Below, in pieces: positions 1 through 8,216 of a stretch of 34,715 bases of DNA; position 1 is the stretch's first letter, and every line of letters begins with the position of its first letter. Position numbers and translations under genes: made by a program. The notes below the pieces were generated by a model, which was given only the letters and a program-made list of their open reading frames with translations, was not told the DNA's origin and made no database searches. This DNA comes from a virus. The stretch is taken from the IMG/VR virus record IMGVR_UViG_3300021952_000003. One strand, given 5' to 3'.

Positions 1-127
1 TCGCACCGACCACCGCGAATTGGTCGTCATAGTTGCGGTCTACTTCACTGGTGAAGGTCAACTCGTTTTCCAAGACCATCAACGCTTCGTTGGTGATCTT
101 GCTAATAGTTAGCAAGGTATTTGACAT
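1..127. repeat. Terminal overlap: exact copy of 34589-34715, marking a circularly closed contig. It carries the first 127 nt of the coat gene on the minus strand.
   Basis: Base-by-base comparison of the first 127 nt with the last 127 nt shows identity. The repeat is bounded by the window edges. Confidence 0.95.
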
Positions 128-151
128 TTGGTTTCCTTAAAAAGATTAGGT

Positions 152-1048
152 TTACCGAATCTTTCCTGCTCTCCTCGCTTGCTTCCAGGCTTGGTAACTG
201 CCTTCCCACACGCCATCGCTGGTCATGGGAACATCTACTGCGCCTTTGCTTGCTCGGATTGGCTTGATAGGTTCGGGGGCTTTGCTTTTGACCACGGGAG
301 CACTTGTTTCTTGGGGTTTAGCCTCAAAACGTGCCTCAAGTTTTCCAATTTCTCTTAATGCGCTAATCGGAGGCAAACCGGCGATCTTCTGGGCAATCTC
401 AGGATTCTCAGCAAGGTGGTAAAGAAGTTTTGCACCATGGTCGCTGTCCATAATCGCATCGCGCACATGATTGGGTACAACCACATCGCTTGATGCCACC
501 ATGTCATCAAAGTCAGGCAACTCATCTTTAACCGCATTCACCTTCTCGGCCCAAGTTTTGACAAACTTTTCCCGTTCGGTTTCCTGCTTCATTTGCTGAA
601 TCTTCAAATTGGCTGTGTACTCGGCTAGAGCCTCAGCATATTTGAAGGCATCCTCAAATTGCTCTGGTTTTGGCTTACCGTCTTGAGCCTCTTGCACTTG
701 TGGCGCAACTTTCTGCTCTAACTGCCTCAACCGATCTTCCAGTTGCATCCTCGCTTCACGTTCCCGTTGCGCTTCTTTACGCGCTTCTTCCCGTTGGCGA
801 GTTATCTCTGAAAAACGCTTCTCAAGTTTTGGATTTTGCTTGCGTTCCTCCTGCGGTTTTGCGGCGTCTGCTTCAGTAGGTTCACTCCCTTCACCCTCTG
901 CAACCGGCTCTGTTTCGGCTGGCGTTTCCACCTTTTCCTCAACAGCCACAGCCTCAGTTGGCTTTTCGGCTAAACCTAATCTCTCTGCATAAAAATCCGC
1001 TGAGTTTTCGCTGGTCACTACTGATCCAGCACTTTTTTCGTTCGACAT
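152..1048 (-). CDS. Scaffolding protein candidate (about 298 aa)
   Basis: The ORF sits between the portal and coat genes, the P22 gp8 position. It is strongly E/K/A/Q-rich and helical-looking, with no enzyme motifs. The ATG at 1048 (MSNEKSAG, AGGG about 8 nt upstream) is preferred over the in-frame ATG at 1084, which has no Shine-Dalgarno. Confidence 0.6.
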   Translation of the reverse strand: MSNEKSAGSVVTSENSADFYAERLGLAEKPTEAVAVEEKVETPAETEPVAEGEGSEPTEADAAKPQEERKQNPKLEKRFSEITRQREEARKEAQREREARMQLEDRLRQLEQKVAPQVQEAQDGKPKPEQFEDAFKYAEALAEYTANLKIQQMKQETEREKFVKTWAEKVNAVKDELPDFDDMVASSDVVVPNHVRDAIMDSDHGAKLLYHLAENPEIAQKIAGLPPISALREIGKLEARFEAKPQETSAPVVKSKAPEPIKPIRASKGAVDVPMTSDGVWEGSYQAWKQARRAGKIR

Positions 1049-1115
1049 AGGTATTACCCTAAGAATTTGCCCCATGAAACCCATGGGTAGGTTTGGTCAA
1101 TATAGACCGAATTGG

Positions 1116-3239
1116 TTACTGCGTCAACCCACCTGTAAACGGATTGGCTCCATGCTCAATGTCTTGGGCGGCAAGTTGGGCATATCCCATCTGCTCGGCA
1201 TTTCTGCGGTCAATCTCCGCATTCAGGCGTGACGTATCCATGTGATGCAACAGAAGCTGAACAATTGCGTCAATTTCCGTCTTATTCTGGGACGTAATCG
1301 AGCGAGTATTTTGGTCGTTGACCCGCACTTCTGCCATCGTTTCGGTATTGTGGGCGCGTGCCGTGACATCCATGAGTTTGCGCTTGGTTTCGGCATCCTG
1401 TCTGACCTGCTCAATGTCTTGGCGCTGTTTCATAGCCATCTGCATAGCTTGCATCTGTTGTTGCATCTGCTGAACTTGTGCCTGGGCTTGCTTGAGTTGC
1501 ATCTGAACCTGGGGTGGCACATCAGACTTCTCGTCAATCTGGGCCAACGGATTCAGGGCAGCAAGTCGGTCAGCAATCATGTCTGCGCCGGGGAAGTCCA
1601 TGTTACGGAACACCAAGTCAGAAGCGGCTTTGAACAGGTCGTTATTGCCCGTCAGAAGCGGCATCATGGCTTCTACAGCCTCTTGGCGCTTGGAGTTGTA
1701 TCCAGGGCCGGTTTCCATGACCACATCGTAACGACCAACCGTAACGTCATTCAGAACCTTACCAACGGCGTCCTTTTCGTTGACCGTCACTATCTCGGGT
1801 TTTCCGTCATCCCCTATGATTCGCAATACCCGTTGGGTGTCGTAAATTGTGGGCGTGATGTCCAGAATAATCCGGGCAACCTGGGCCAAAGACTTAGTGA
1901 AATTGTCGTAAAAGTCAAAGTTTGTCAGGTCAACCTGTTGTTGCTGACCATTGAGAGCCTTGCCAGAAATGTTGCCTTGCTTTAGTTGAGCAGGGTCAAA
2001 TATGCCCATCAGGGTCTTGATGTCGTCATCAATCGCAACCGTGGCTTGCATGATGCCGTTTGCTGGCGGCTCTGGCTGGAGGCGTTGAGGCGCAGGCGCA
2101 GCGCGTCCGTCAATGTCCGTTTGCTTGTATCTCAGGACAGGGTAGGACTTGACGTTAGCCTGTGCCCAATCGTTCTCGTGGCCCTCGTCCTGGCCTTCTG
2201 CCATGATCCACTTGGCCTTGGGAGCCAGCGCCACAGATTCGGTCAGGCTGGTCTGCCAAAAATTGTACATTCGTTGGGCGTCTTTGCCGTGACGCACCAT
2301 GCCGAACTTTTTACGCTTGTCGCCAATAACCACATGACGCCCATAAACCGGGATAACCGGGATGTAGCGACCAGGGAAAACCTTTTCCTCAAGCACCTCA
2401 ATAGCAGTCAGCTTACACCAGCGGATTTCCTTCTTAACGGTGCGGCGTCTGTCAAGAATCTGTATTTTGGCAGCGGCTAACACCTCGTCTGAGGGCAGTT
2501 CGTCCTTGTAAACCGTAGTCCCATCAGACAACATCACCAGTTCGGTTTCCTTGCGAACCGTATAGAAGTACTCGGCAAGGCGAATATCCTCTTTAGTGAT
2601 CCACTCGGATTGGGCATCGCCCGTACCGCGCTGCTGGAAGGAATCAACTTCTGCGTCCGGGTATTGGTCAGAGAAAGCCTTTTTGCTCATCATGGTGGTG
2701 ATAAGCACACGCTCGGCGTCCGATCCGTCAGGCAGGATACTGTTCGGGTCGTAATAGACGGTAAACGGGTTGTCTACCGGGTCAATGTAGATTTCCTGCT
2801 CAAATGAGTCGTCAGAGACGTAGTCTGTACGAATACGGATATAGCCCCAACCCATGCGAACGGCATAGTCAACGGCATTGTCGTAGGCGTTATCTGCGTT
2901 GGAATTGGCCTCGATATGGCGAATGATGCCTTGGAGGACTTGGGCAACCTTGGAGTCAGCCTGGGAGTTCATCCCATGAACCTTGGGACGGGGGCGCTGT
3001 TGCCTGATCTGGTTGACCACCTGGCGGCAGTAACCGTCAAGTTTGTTAATGGTCAGAACGGGGCGGGATTCTAGGTTTCGGCTGTTTTGCAGTTCAACGG
3101 GCCATTGGTCACCGTTAACGAACTTCAAATCCTCTAATCCCTCTTGCCGATTCATGGTGTCTGAATCGTTGGCAAGTTTAAGGAATTGCTTTGCTTCCTC
3201 GATTAGAGGGTTGTAGTCGCTAACTTCTTTTTCAGCCAT
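1116..3239 (-). CDS. Portal protein, P22 gp1-like (707 aa)
   Basis: It lies directly downstream of terL. The segment RRRTVKKEIRWCKLTAIEVLEEKVFPGRYIPVIPVYG aligns by eye with P22 gp1 [33 protein letters not shown] (from memory). A long Q/A/M-rich helical C-terminal tail resembles the P22 portal barrel. Confidence 0.88.
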   Translation of the reverse strand: MAEKEVSDYNPLIEEAKQFLKLANDSDTMNRQEGLEDLKFVNGDQWPVELQNSRNLESRPVLTINKLDGYCRQVVNQIRQQRPRPKVHGMNSQADSKVAQVLQGIIRHIEANSNADNAYDNAVDYAVRMGWGYIRIRTDYVSDDSFEQEIYIDPVDNPFTVYYDPNSILPDGSDAERVLITTMMSKKAFSDQYPDAEVDSFQQRGTGDAQSEWITKEDIRLAEYFYTVRKETELVMLSDGTTVYKDELPSDEVLAAAKIQILDRRRTVKKEIRWCKLTAIEVLEEKVFPGRYIPVIPVYGRHVVIGDKRKKFGMVRHGKDAQRMYNFWQTSLTESVALAPKAKWIMAEGQDEGHENDWAQANVKSYPVLRYKQTDIDGRAAPAPQRLQPEPPANGIMQATVAIDDDIKTLMGIFDPAQLKQGNISGKALNGQQQQVDLTNFDFYDNFTKSLAQVARIILDITPTIYDTQRVLRIIGDDGKPEIVTVNEKDAVGKVLNDVTVGRYDVVMETGPGYNSKRQEAVEAMMPLLTGNNDLFKAASDLVFRNMDFPGADMIADRLAALNPLAQIDEKSDVPPQVQMQLKQAQAQVQQMQQQMQAMQMAMKQRQDIEQVRQDAETKRKLMDVTARAHNTETMAEVRVNDQNTRSITSQNKTEIDAIVQLLLHHMDTSRLNAEIDRRNAEQMGYAQLAAQDIEHGANPFTGGLTQ

Positions 3240-3240
3240 A

Positions 3241-4512
3241 TCAGCCCATCCATCCGTAAGAAAGCGGCGCGTTTTGCAATGGTCTGACCCGCCTTGGTTG
3301 TTTGGGTTCGTTCACCATAAGCCCAATCATTCTGAATGCGTCTGCGCCGTGTGAGTAATGGTCATGCAACGGATTACGGCTGAATTGGCCCGTTTCTGGG
3401 TCAACTTCGTACCGATAATGCCTGAGACATTGTAGACCATCATGGCAATTTTCCCTATCAAACCAGCAATTTCGGAACATTGTCCTAGCAGCGTTGATTG
3501 AGTCAGCCACCGGAACCCTGTCCAGAATCCTCGTTTTGTAGCCAGCCGCCCTTACGATTTCCTCAATGCTTCTGCCGTTTGCTGCTAGCGTTTTATTCTG
3601 GGCATCGTGCGGTAACCACAAAGTATCGTAAACATAACCGAAAGTCTGCATCTGGGCAAGATACTCAGACATGGTTTTCTGATTGCCCTCAATGTACCGA
3701 ATCAGCCTGGTTTCCATCCCAATAAACTGCAGGAACCAGATTGCCGTGGCGTCTGCCCATCCCAAGTCGAATATGGCATGAACAGGTTTCGTGGCTTCAT
3801 ATCCGACTTTTGTAATCCGTCCCTCAAGGTCAGCCATCTGCATCTCACGGGCAAAGATAGCCCCGTCTACAGTCTGGCGGCACAAACCCTCCCAGACCAC
3901 ATTGTAGGCAGCAGGGTCGCGGTTCTTGAGGCTATCTTTCTCCAACCGCAATGTTTCAGGAAACCACGGGTTGTCGTTCCAGTTGATCTTGACCGATACG
4001 CAATTCTCAGGCGGGTTGAGGACAAACCGCTGGTAAGTCTCGTCTGTCTCTAGTTCCGGGTTGAAGCTGACCCAGATTTCGGAGCCTTCTTTACGGATAG
4101 TCGGAATCAGGACGTTCCAAGAGTTACGACTTACTGTCTGGGCCTCCTCAACCCAACAGATGTCCACGCCCTCATAGGACTTGACGTTGGCTACGTTGTT
4201 CTTCAGGCCAACAAAGGAGAATTCCGTACCGTTCTTGCCCCGGATGCTATTTTGGGTGATTTCGTAAAAGTCCAGCAAGCCAATATCAACGATCTGGTCG
4301 CACAGCAGCTTGTGGACAGAATCCTTGATTGAGGTCTGAAACTCACGGGCGCACAGGATTCGGAGGGGATTCTTGACCCCAAGTATTAGCAACGCCCTGG
4401 CAAATCCCCATGATTTAGCGCCGCCCCTACCGCCCCAAGCGCATTTGTACCGGCTTTTGCGGAACAAAAACTCCAGTTTTACTGGAAACCGGACGTCTGC
4501 AAAGCTACTCAT
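3241..4512 (-). CDS. terL: Terminase large subunit (423 aa)
   Basis: Walker A GGRGGAKS lies near the N-terminus and a Walker B-like ICWVEEA follows. There is a C-terminal nuclease-size half and an 8-nt overlap with the upstream small-terminase ORF. Overall it looks PBSX/Terminase_3-like. Confidence 0.9.
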   Translation of the reverse strand: MSSFADVRFPVKLEFLFRKSRYKCAWGGRGGAKSWGFARALLILGVKNPLRILCAREFQTSIKDSVHKLLCDQIVDIGLLDFYEITQNSIRGKNGTEFSFVGLKNNVANVKSYEGVDICWVEEAQTVSRNSWNVLIPTIRKEGSEIWVSFNPELETDETYQRFVLNPPENCVSVKINWNDNPWFPETLRLEKDSLKNRDPAAYNVVWEGLCRQTVDGAIFAREMQMADLEGRITKVGYEATKPVHAIFDLGWADATAIWFLQFIGMETRLIRYIEGNQKTMSEYLAQMQTFGYVYDTLWLPHDAQNKTLAANGRSIEEIVRAAGYKTRILDRVPVADSINAARTMFRNCWFDRENCHDGLQCLRHYRYEVDPETGQFSRNPLHDHYSHGADAFRMIGLMVNEPKQPRRVRPLQNAPLSYGWMG

Positions 4513-4855
4513 TGGGCTTTACAAATGAGACTTGAATGCCCTGCAACGGCTCTCCATCAGCACCTGTAAGCTCATTCTTGACCGTTTCAGACCAACGCAT
4601 TTGGCTTTTTGTCCACCAGATCAAGCTAGTGGTGTCACCCGCCACAGCCTTTTGATACAGCGTCTTGGCAATCTGGCTGTTGGCTTTGGCCTTGCCCGTG
4701 TCCAACTCTGCCCGGTAATACTTCCGCAGCGTCTTGTCATCAATGCCCACCAGGATGGCTATTTGCTCGTGCGGCAAGCCTAATCCGCTGGTGCTTTCGA
4801 CCAGTTTACGGAATTCATCCGTTGGAATGTGAGGTTCTTGAGGTATGACAGGCAT
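4505..4855 (-). CDS. terS: Terminase small subunit candidate with HTH (116 aa)
   Basis: It sits immediately upstream of and overlapping terL. An HTH-like segment (HEQIAILVGIDDKTLRKYY) is followed by KAVAGDTTSLIWWTKSQMRW, typical of small terminases of this type. Confidence 0.65.
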   Translation of the reverse strand: MPVIPQEPHIPTDEFRKLVESTSGLGLPHEQIAILVGIDDKTLRKYYRAELDTGKAKANSQIAKTLYQKAVAGDTTSLIWWTKSQMRWSETVKNELTGADGEPLQGIQVSFVKPNE

Positions 4856-4880
4856 TTTATAAAGGGGAACTCGCTAATAT

Positions 4881-6074
4881 TTAAGCAGTTTCGGTTAATT
4901 CCGTCAACAAAACAGCCTTTTTGCCGGTGAAGTCTTCCCACCGTTTTACGATTACATCGCAATACTTTGGGTCTAGTTCCATCAGCCGAGCAACACGCCC
5001 ATTTTTTTCCGCGGCAATTAGCGTAGTTCCGCTTCCACCAAAACTATCCAGCACAATGTCGCCGCCTTTAGTGTTATTAAGCATTTGGTATTCAAATAGC
5101 GCAACAGGCTTCATTGTGGGGTGTTCGCCATTCCTAGACGGTTTGTCGAATTCCAGGATGGTTGTTTGCTTGCGGTCTGTGGCCCATAAATGCCCCGCAC
5201 CTTCCTTCCATCCATACAAGCAGGGCTCGTGCTTCCAATGGTAATCTTGCCGCCCCATAACAAGGCTAGATTTTTTCCAAATTAAACACTGCCTTACCGT
5301 CCAGTTTGCATCTCGCGCCGCCCCTCGGAAGTTATACCCTTCAGAATCAGCGTGCCAAATGTAAAAGACCGCCCCGGGTTTCATTACTAGGTCGGCAGTA
5401 ACGTAAGCATCCCGCAAAAATTGACGGAATTGGTCGTCGCCCATATTGTCATTTTTAATTGTGAGCCCCGTTCCACCTTCGTAAGCAACGTTATAAGGCG
5501 GGTCTGTCAGCCACATATCCACAAGTTGACCATCGCATAGCTTTTCCATGTCGTTAGTGCTACACGAATCACCGCACATCAGCCGGTGCTTGCCCAATTG
5601 GTATATATCGCCAGGCTTTGTCTTAGCCTCCGCGGGAACATCTGGGGCGGCGTCTTCGTCCGTTAGCCCTTCGGTCAGTTCTACGGGCTTCAGCGCATCT
5701 ATTTCCTCAAGGCTAAAGCCGGTCAGTTCTAGATCAAAGCCTAATTGCTCGAGTTCCTGGAATTCTATGTTTAGCAGTTCATTGTCCCACCCGGCATTCA
5801 GCGCCAGCTTGTTGTCGGCAATGATGTATGCCTTTACCTGGGCGGGGGTAAGATTTTTTACCTCAATGCAAGGAACTTTACTCATCCCAAGTTTTCGAGC
5901 AGCCATTAGCCGCCCGTGACCTGCAATGATGCTGTTGTCAGTTATCAGGATCGGGTTTGTCCAGCCAAATTCCTTGATGCTTGCCGCAATCTGTGCCACT
6001 TGCTCATCGCTGTGGGTGCGGCTGTTGTTAGCATAAGGTATTAGTTCTGCGACATTCTTTTCCGTGATATTCAT
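4881..6074 (-). CDS. ParB-like N-terminal domain fused to an N6-adenine/N4-cytosine DNA methyltransferase (397 aa)
   Basis: The N-terminus (PILITDNSIIAGHGRLMAARKLG) matches the ParB/Srx nuclease-like fold signature. The catalytic motif TDPPYN precedes the AdoMet motif DSFGGSGTT, which is the beta-class motif order. Confidence 0.85.
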   Translation of the reverse strand: MNITEKNVAELIPYANNSRTHSDEQVAQIAASIKEFGWTNPILITDNSIIAGHGRLMAARKLGMSKVPCIEVKNLTPAQVKAYIIADNKLALNAGWDNELLNIEFQELEQLGFDLELTGFSLEEIDALKPVELTEGLTDEDAAPDVPAEAKTKPGDIYQLGKHRLMCGDSCSTNDMEKLCDGQLVDMWLTDPPYNVAYEGGTGLTIKNDNMGDDQFRQFLRDAYVTADLVMKPGAVFYIWHADSEGYNFRGAARDANWTVRQCLIWKKSSLVMGRQDYHWKHEPCLYGWKEGAGHLWATDRKQTTILEFDKPSRNGEHPTMKPVALFEYQMLNNTKGGDIVLDSFGGSGTTLIAAEKNGRVARLMELDPKYCDVIVKRWEDFTGKKAVLLTELTETA

Positions 6075-6232
6075 TTCTTTTTGGCAGTTTTTGCCGATTC
6101 TTTAAATGCTTTAGCAGTCGGCGCACCCTCTGAACCTGGCTTTCGCATCTTTTCCACAGGCTTTCCCTCTGCCTTTTGCCGTTCTATGCGTTCTTGCTTT
6201 CGGTGAATGTTGGCATAAAGTCCGTTTTTCAT
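6071..6232 (-). CDS. Small lysine-rich protein (53 aa, MKNGLYANIHRKQERIERQKAEGKPVEKMRKPGSEGAPTAKAFKESAKTAKKK)
   Basis: This ORF was hand-translated because it falls below the 60-aa track cutoff. Its stop overlaps the methyltransferase start (ATGA) and its start overlaps the upstream stop (TGATG). It fills an otherwise empty 157-nt gap. Confidence 0.45.
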   Translation of the reverse strand: MKNGLYANIHRKQERIERQKAEGKPVEKMRKPGSEGAPTAKAFKESAKTAKKK

Positions 6233-6513
6233 CAGCAATTCCAGTTCTTTAGGGAGGCTTTGGCACGCTCTGCCGGGCCTTTGGCGTTCTTGACTACCCC
6301 TGACATTCTTGCGCAGAAAGAGGCTTTACGCCCCTCATCCTTCTTGGTCTTGGGGTTGGGAGCCGGTGGCTTCAGGTTGGCGTTGTTCTTGGCGTTGTAT
6401 TCAGCACGACCTTTTGCCGTCATCCCCGCACCCTTTTCCGTTGGGTTGTAGGTCTTGTCCTTGCCCGTGGTTTTGTGAGGAATGGGCTTGTCGTGTTCAG
6501 CTTTCTTGGACAT
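6232..6513 (-). CDS. Basic K/N/P-rich protein (93 aa, MSKKAEHDK...RKASFCARMSG...)
   Basis: I used the internal ATG at 6513 of track ORF 6232-6564. The upstream extension overlaps the neighbouring ORF and looks non-protein-like. No family name can be assigned from memory. Confidence 0.5.
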   Translation of the reverse strand: MSKKAEHDKPIPHKTTGKDKTYNPTEKGAGMTAKGRAEYNAKNNANLKPPAPNPKTKKDEGRKASFCARMSGVVKNAKGPAERAKASLKNWNC

Positions 6514-6667
6514 TTTGTTTTTCCAGTTCAGACAGGAACCATTGGCATTGTTGCAGCGCACCATTGATCTGCTCTAGCTGCACCTGGTGCTGACGCAAAG
6601 TTTGCTCTATTTCACGCCCTTTGGCAATCAGGTCTTGAATACGGGTTTCAATCAATTCTTTAGTCAT
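6497..6667 (-). CDS. Small coiled-coil protein (56 aa, MTKELIETRIQDLIAKGREIEQTLRQHQVQLEQINGALQQCQWFLSELEKQNVQES)
   Basis: This ORF was hand-translated and is below the track cutoff. Its ATG lies inside the last codons of the GroES-like gene. It has a heptad-like composition and fills the 6565-6659 gap. Confidence 0.4.
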   Translation of the reverse strand: MTKELIETRIQDLIAKGREIEQTLRQHQVQLEQINGALQQCQWFLSELEKQNVQES

Positions 6668-6920
6668 TTTCTACTACCGCACAAATGTCGGCTTCCTGGA
6701 TAATTTGATAATCCTGCCCATTGATGCGCTGGACAGGCCAATTGAGATAATCGCCGTTTCCATACTTGATGAAATCGCCGACCTTGGTTTGATCCACTAA
6801 CGGCCCAATCGCAACCACAGTACCCTCGTTAAAAGGTTCCGTGTTGTTCACATGGATAATTGTGGATAACTCTCTGACTGTGGGTTTGACCACAACGCGA
6901 TCACGCAGAGGTTTCAACAT
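6660..6920 (-). CDS. groES: GroES/Cpn10-like co-chaperonin (86 aa)
   Basis: MLKPLRDRVVVKP...GTVVAIGP...KVGDFIKYG...QIIQEADICAVVE follows the GroES pattern, compared with E. coli MNIRPLHDRVIVKR...GEVLAVG...VKVGDIVIF...LIMSESDILAIVE (from memory). The mobile-loop region is shortened and divergent. Confidence 0.75.
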   Translation of the reverse strand: MLKPLRDRVVVKPTVRELSTIIHVNNTEPFNEGTVVAIGPLVDQTKVGDFIKYGNGDYLNWPVQRINGQDYQIIQEADICAVVEND

Positions 6921-7146
6921 TTTTCCTCCGGGTGTACTTGCGTTTTTTGGGCTCTGTCATTGCATCAACAACAGGCAATATGACTGCGCTACCAGCAGAT
7001 ACCGTGACCGTCGTGTTTGGCAGCGGTTTGGGTGACAGTTCCCCGCACCAATCGTTTCGGTGCTTGTGGACAAATTGTGGATGGGCTCGGCACTGACCCA
7101 TCACCTCGTGATCGACAAAGTGTCGGCAATCGCTACAATGATTCAC
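6901..7146 (-). CDS. Cys/His-rich small protein, possible zinc-binding (81 aa)
   Basis: It has a GTG start with AAGGAG 8 nt upstream. The N-terminus is MNHCSDCRHFVDHEVMGQCRAHPQFVHKHRNDWC and the tail is basic. It overlaps the GroES-like start by 20 nt. Confidence 0.5.
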   Translation of the reverse strand: MNHCSDCRHFVDHEVMGQCRAHPQFVHKHRNDWCGELSPKPLPNTTVTVSAGSAVILPVVDAMTEPKKRKYTRRKNVETSA

Positions 7147-7182
7147 AGATTCAACTCCTTAACAGTTGAGTTTAGAGGACGT

Positions 7183-7200
7183 TAGGGAGGGCATTCCCTA
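7183..7200. promoter_or_regulatory. Perfect inverted repeat TAGGGA-N6-TCCCTA in a 66-nt intergenic gap
   Basis: TAGGGAGGGCATTCCCTA was read directly. It uses the same arms as the palindrome at 11263-11277. No U-tract follows on the transcribed (minus) strand. Confidence 0.35.
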
Positions 7201-7212
7201 GCGTTCCTCGTT

Positions 7213-7428
7213 TTAGCGGTATTCGCTACGGGTGTGGGTGTAGCAAATGCCAGGGGTGCGACCAGTATTGAACTGCTTGTCAGCGCCCGTTGCATCTTCC
7301 ATACCCATTGCCACGCCGCCAACCATCTTGCCCTTGCGCTCACCAGACATATCGCTGGAGGTTGCGCCCTTGGGAGGGGTTGCGCCGGTGGTGCTCTTAA
7401 CACCTTTCATGCTGTCCATTTTGCCCAT
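7213..7428 (-). CDS. G/K/M-rich low-complexity protein (71 aa, MGKMDSMKGVK...GICYTHTRSEYR)
   Basis: I used the internal ATG at 7428, which has AAGGA about 7 nt upstream. The track start at 7491 is a GTG overlapping the previous gene. Several alternative-frame ORFs overlap here, so this call is uncertain. Confidence 0.45.
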   Translation of the reverse strand: MGKMDSMKGVKSTTGATPPKGATSSDMSGERKGKMVGGVAMGMEDATGADKQFNTGRTPGICYTHTRSEYR

Positions 7429-7483
7429 TTTGATTCCTTGCAAGGTTGTGGGAAATTCAATTTTCGACAAATCCAAGGACTTG

Positions 7484-7801
7484 TCAAGCACACATTGTAG
7501 CCGCCCACTCCCGTTCTTGGCGACCTGATTTGTTCTTTACGGTGCGCCCGGTTAACTCCACCAATCCCAAGGTTTGGAGTTCTTTCATGCGTCTGGCGAC
7601 CTGGTTTCCGTCCAGATAGGTCACCTCGGCAATCTGATCCTTGCCCATAGGCCCGTAAGCAACCAGAGCCTGGACAATGATTTCCCCATGCTGGATGGAC
7701 AGGTTACCGGCCTTGTCAGCAGCCTCCGCGCTTGTATTAGGGTCGGTGTTGCGAACCCTGGGGAAGATGTTGGTTTTCTTCAAAATGTCAAAAATGCTCA
7801 T
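7484..7801 (-). CDS. Winged-helix DNA-binding protein candidate (105 aa)
   Basis: IIVQALVAYGPMGKDQIAEVTYLDGNQVARRMKELQTLGLVELTGR has a MarR/wHTH-like pattern. It has a 4-nt overlap with the upstream gene. Confidence 0.6.
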   Translation of the reverse strand: MSIFDILKKTNIFPRVRNTDPNTSAEAADKAGNLSIQHGEIIVQALVAYGPMGKDQIAEVTYLDGNQVARRMKELQTLGLVELTGRTVKNKSGRQEREWAATMCA

Positions 7802-8106
7802 GCTTGTCCCCTTGCTCGGATAGCGGCGTCAACTTCATCGCCGTTTAGAACGCCCCACCGTTTTGCGTGAGCTTTTCTGCACAGGCTGCGGTAAACAGCG
7901 TCATCAGCCTTTGCAATATCGTCAGCGGTATCAACGTCGTCCAGCAGCATCCAAAGCCGAAGTGATTTTTTGCGCTCATGGGCGATGGCAAGATTTGCAA
8001 ATCTTTCAATCTCTGCCACCCCCCAGCGATGCGGCTCTGTCCATCCATCACCGCTTCGCAGCATTCCAACCTCCCGCGCCATGCGGATGATGTCATCTCT
8101 TGTCAT
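7798..8106 (-). CDS. Hypothetical early protein (102 aa)
   Basis: The ORF has AAGGAG upstream of its ATG and is co-oriented in the early gene train. Confidence 0.6.
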   Translation of the reverse strand: MTRDDIIRMAREVGMLRSGDGWTEPHRWGVAEIERFANLAIAHERKKSLRLWMLLDDVDTADDIAKADDAVYRSLCRKAHAKRWGVLNGDEVDAAIRARGQA

Positions 8107-8216
8107 ATTTGCTCCTTATAAGCTCAAATTGGTGGGCGGGTCGCATAAAGCAGCGTAGGCTTGAACAACACTTTAGAAAAGTGACCACGGCGCTAACCCG
8201 TTTTCCCGCCCGTTAA

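Noticed and set aside
1071-1087. The hairpin CCCATG-AAACC-CATGGG just upstream of the preferred scaffold start, considered as a translational autoregulation site like that of the P22 scaffold
   Set aside because: It is only a 6-bp stem built from two ATG-containing palindromic hexamers. There is no supporting evidence, and it is too weak to report as a feature.
1242-2480. Plus-strand ORFs of 247 and 164 aa antisense to the portal gene
   Set aside because: The reasoning is the same as for the ORF antisense to coat. The portal call is supported by similarity and synteny, and these ORFs are leucine/histidine-rich shadow frames.
7182-7528. Three alternative overlapping ORFs: 7182-7403 (minus), 7234-7500 (plus) and 7247-7528 (plus)
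   Set aside because: All are P/A/R- or L/P-rich shadow frames of the same G+C-rich stretch. Only the 7213-7428 minus frame has an RBS and fits the operon orientation, and even that call is tentative.
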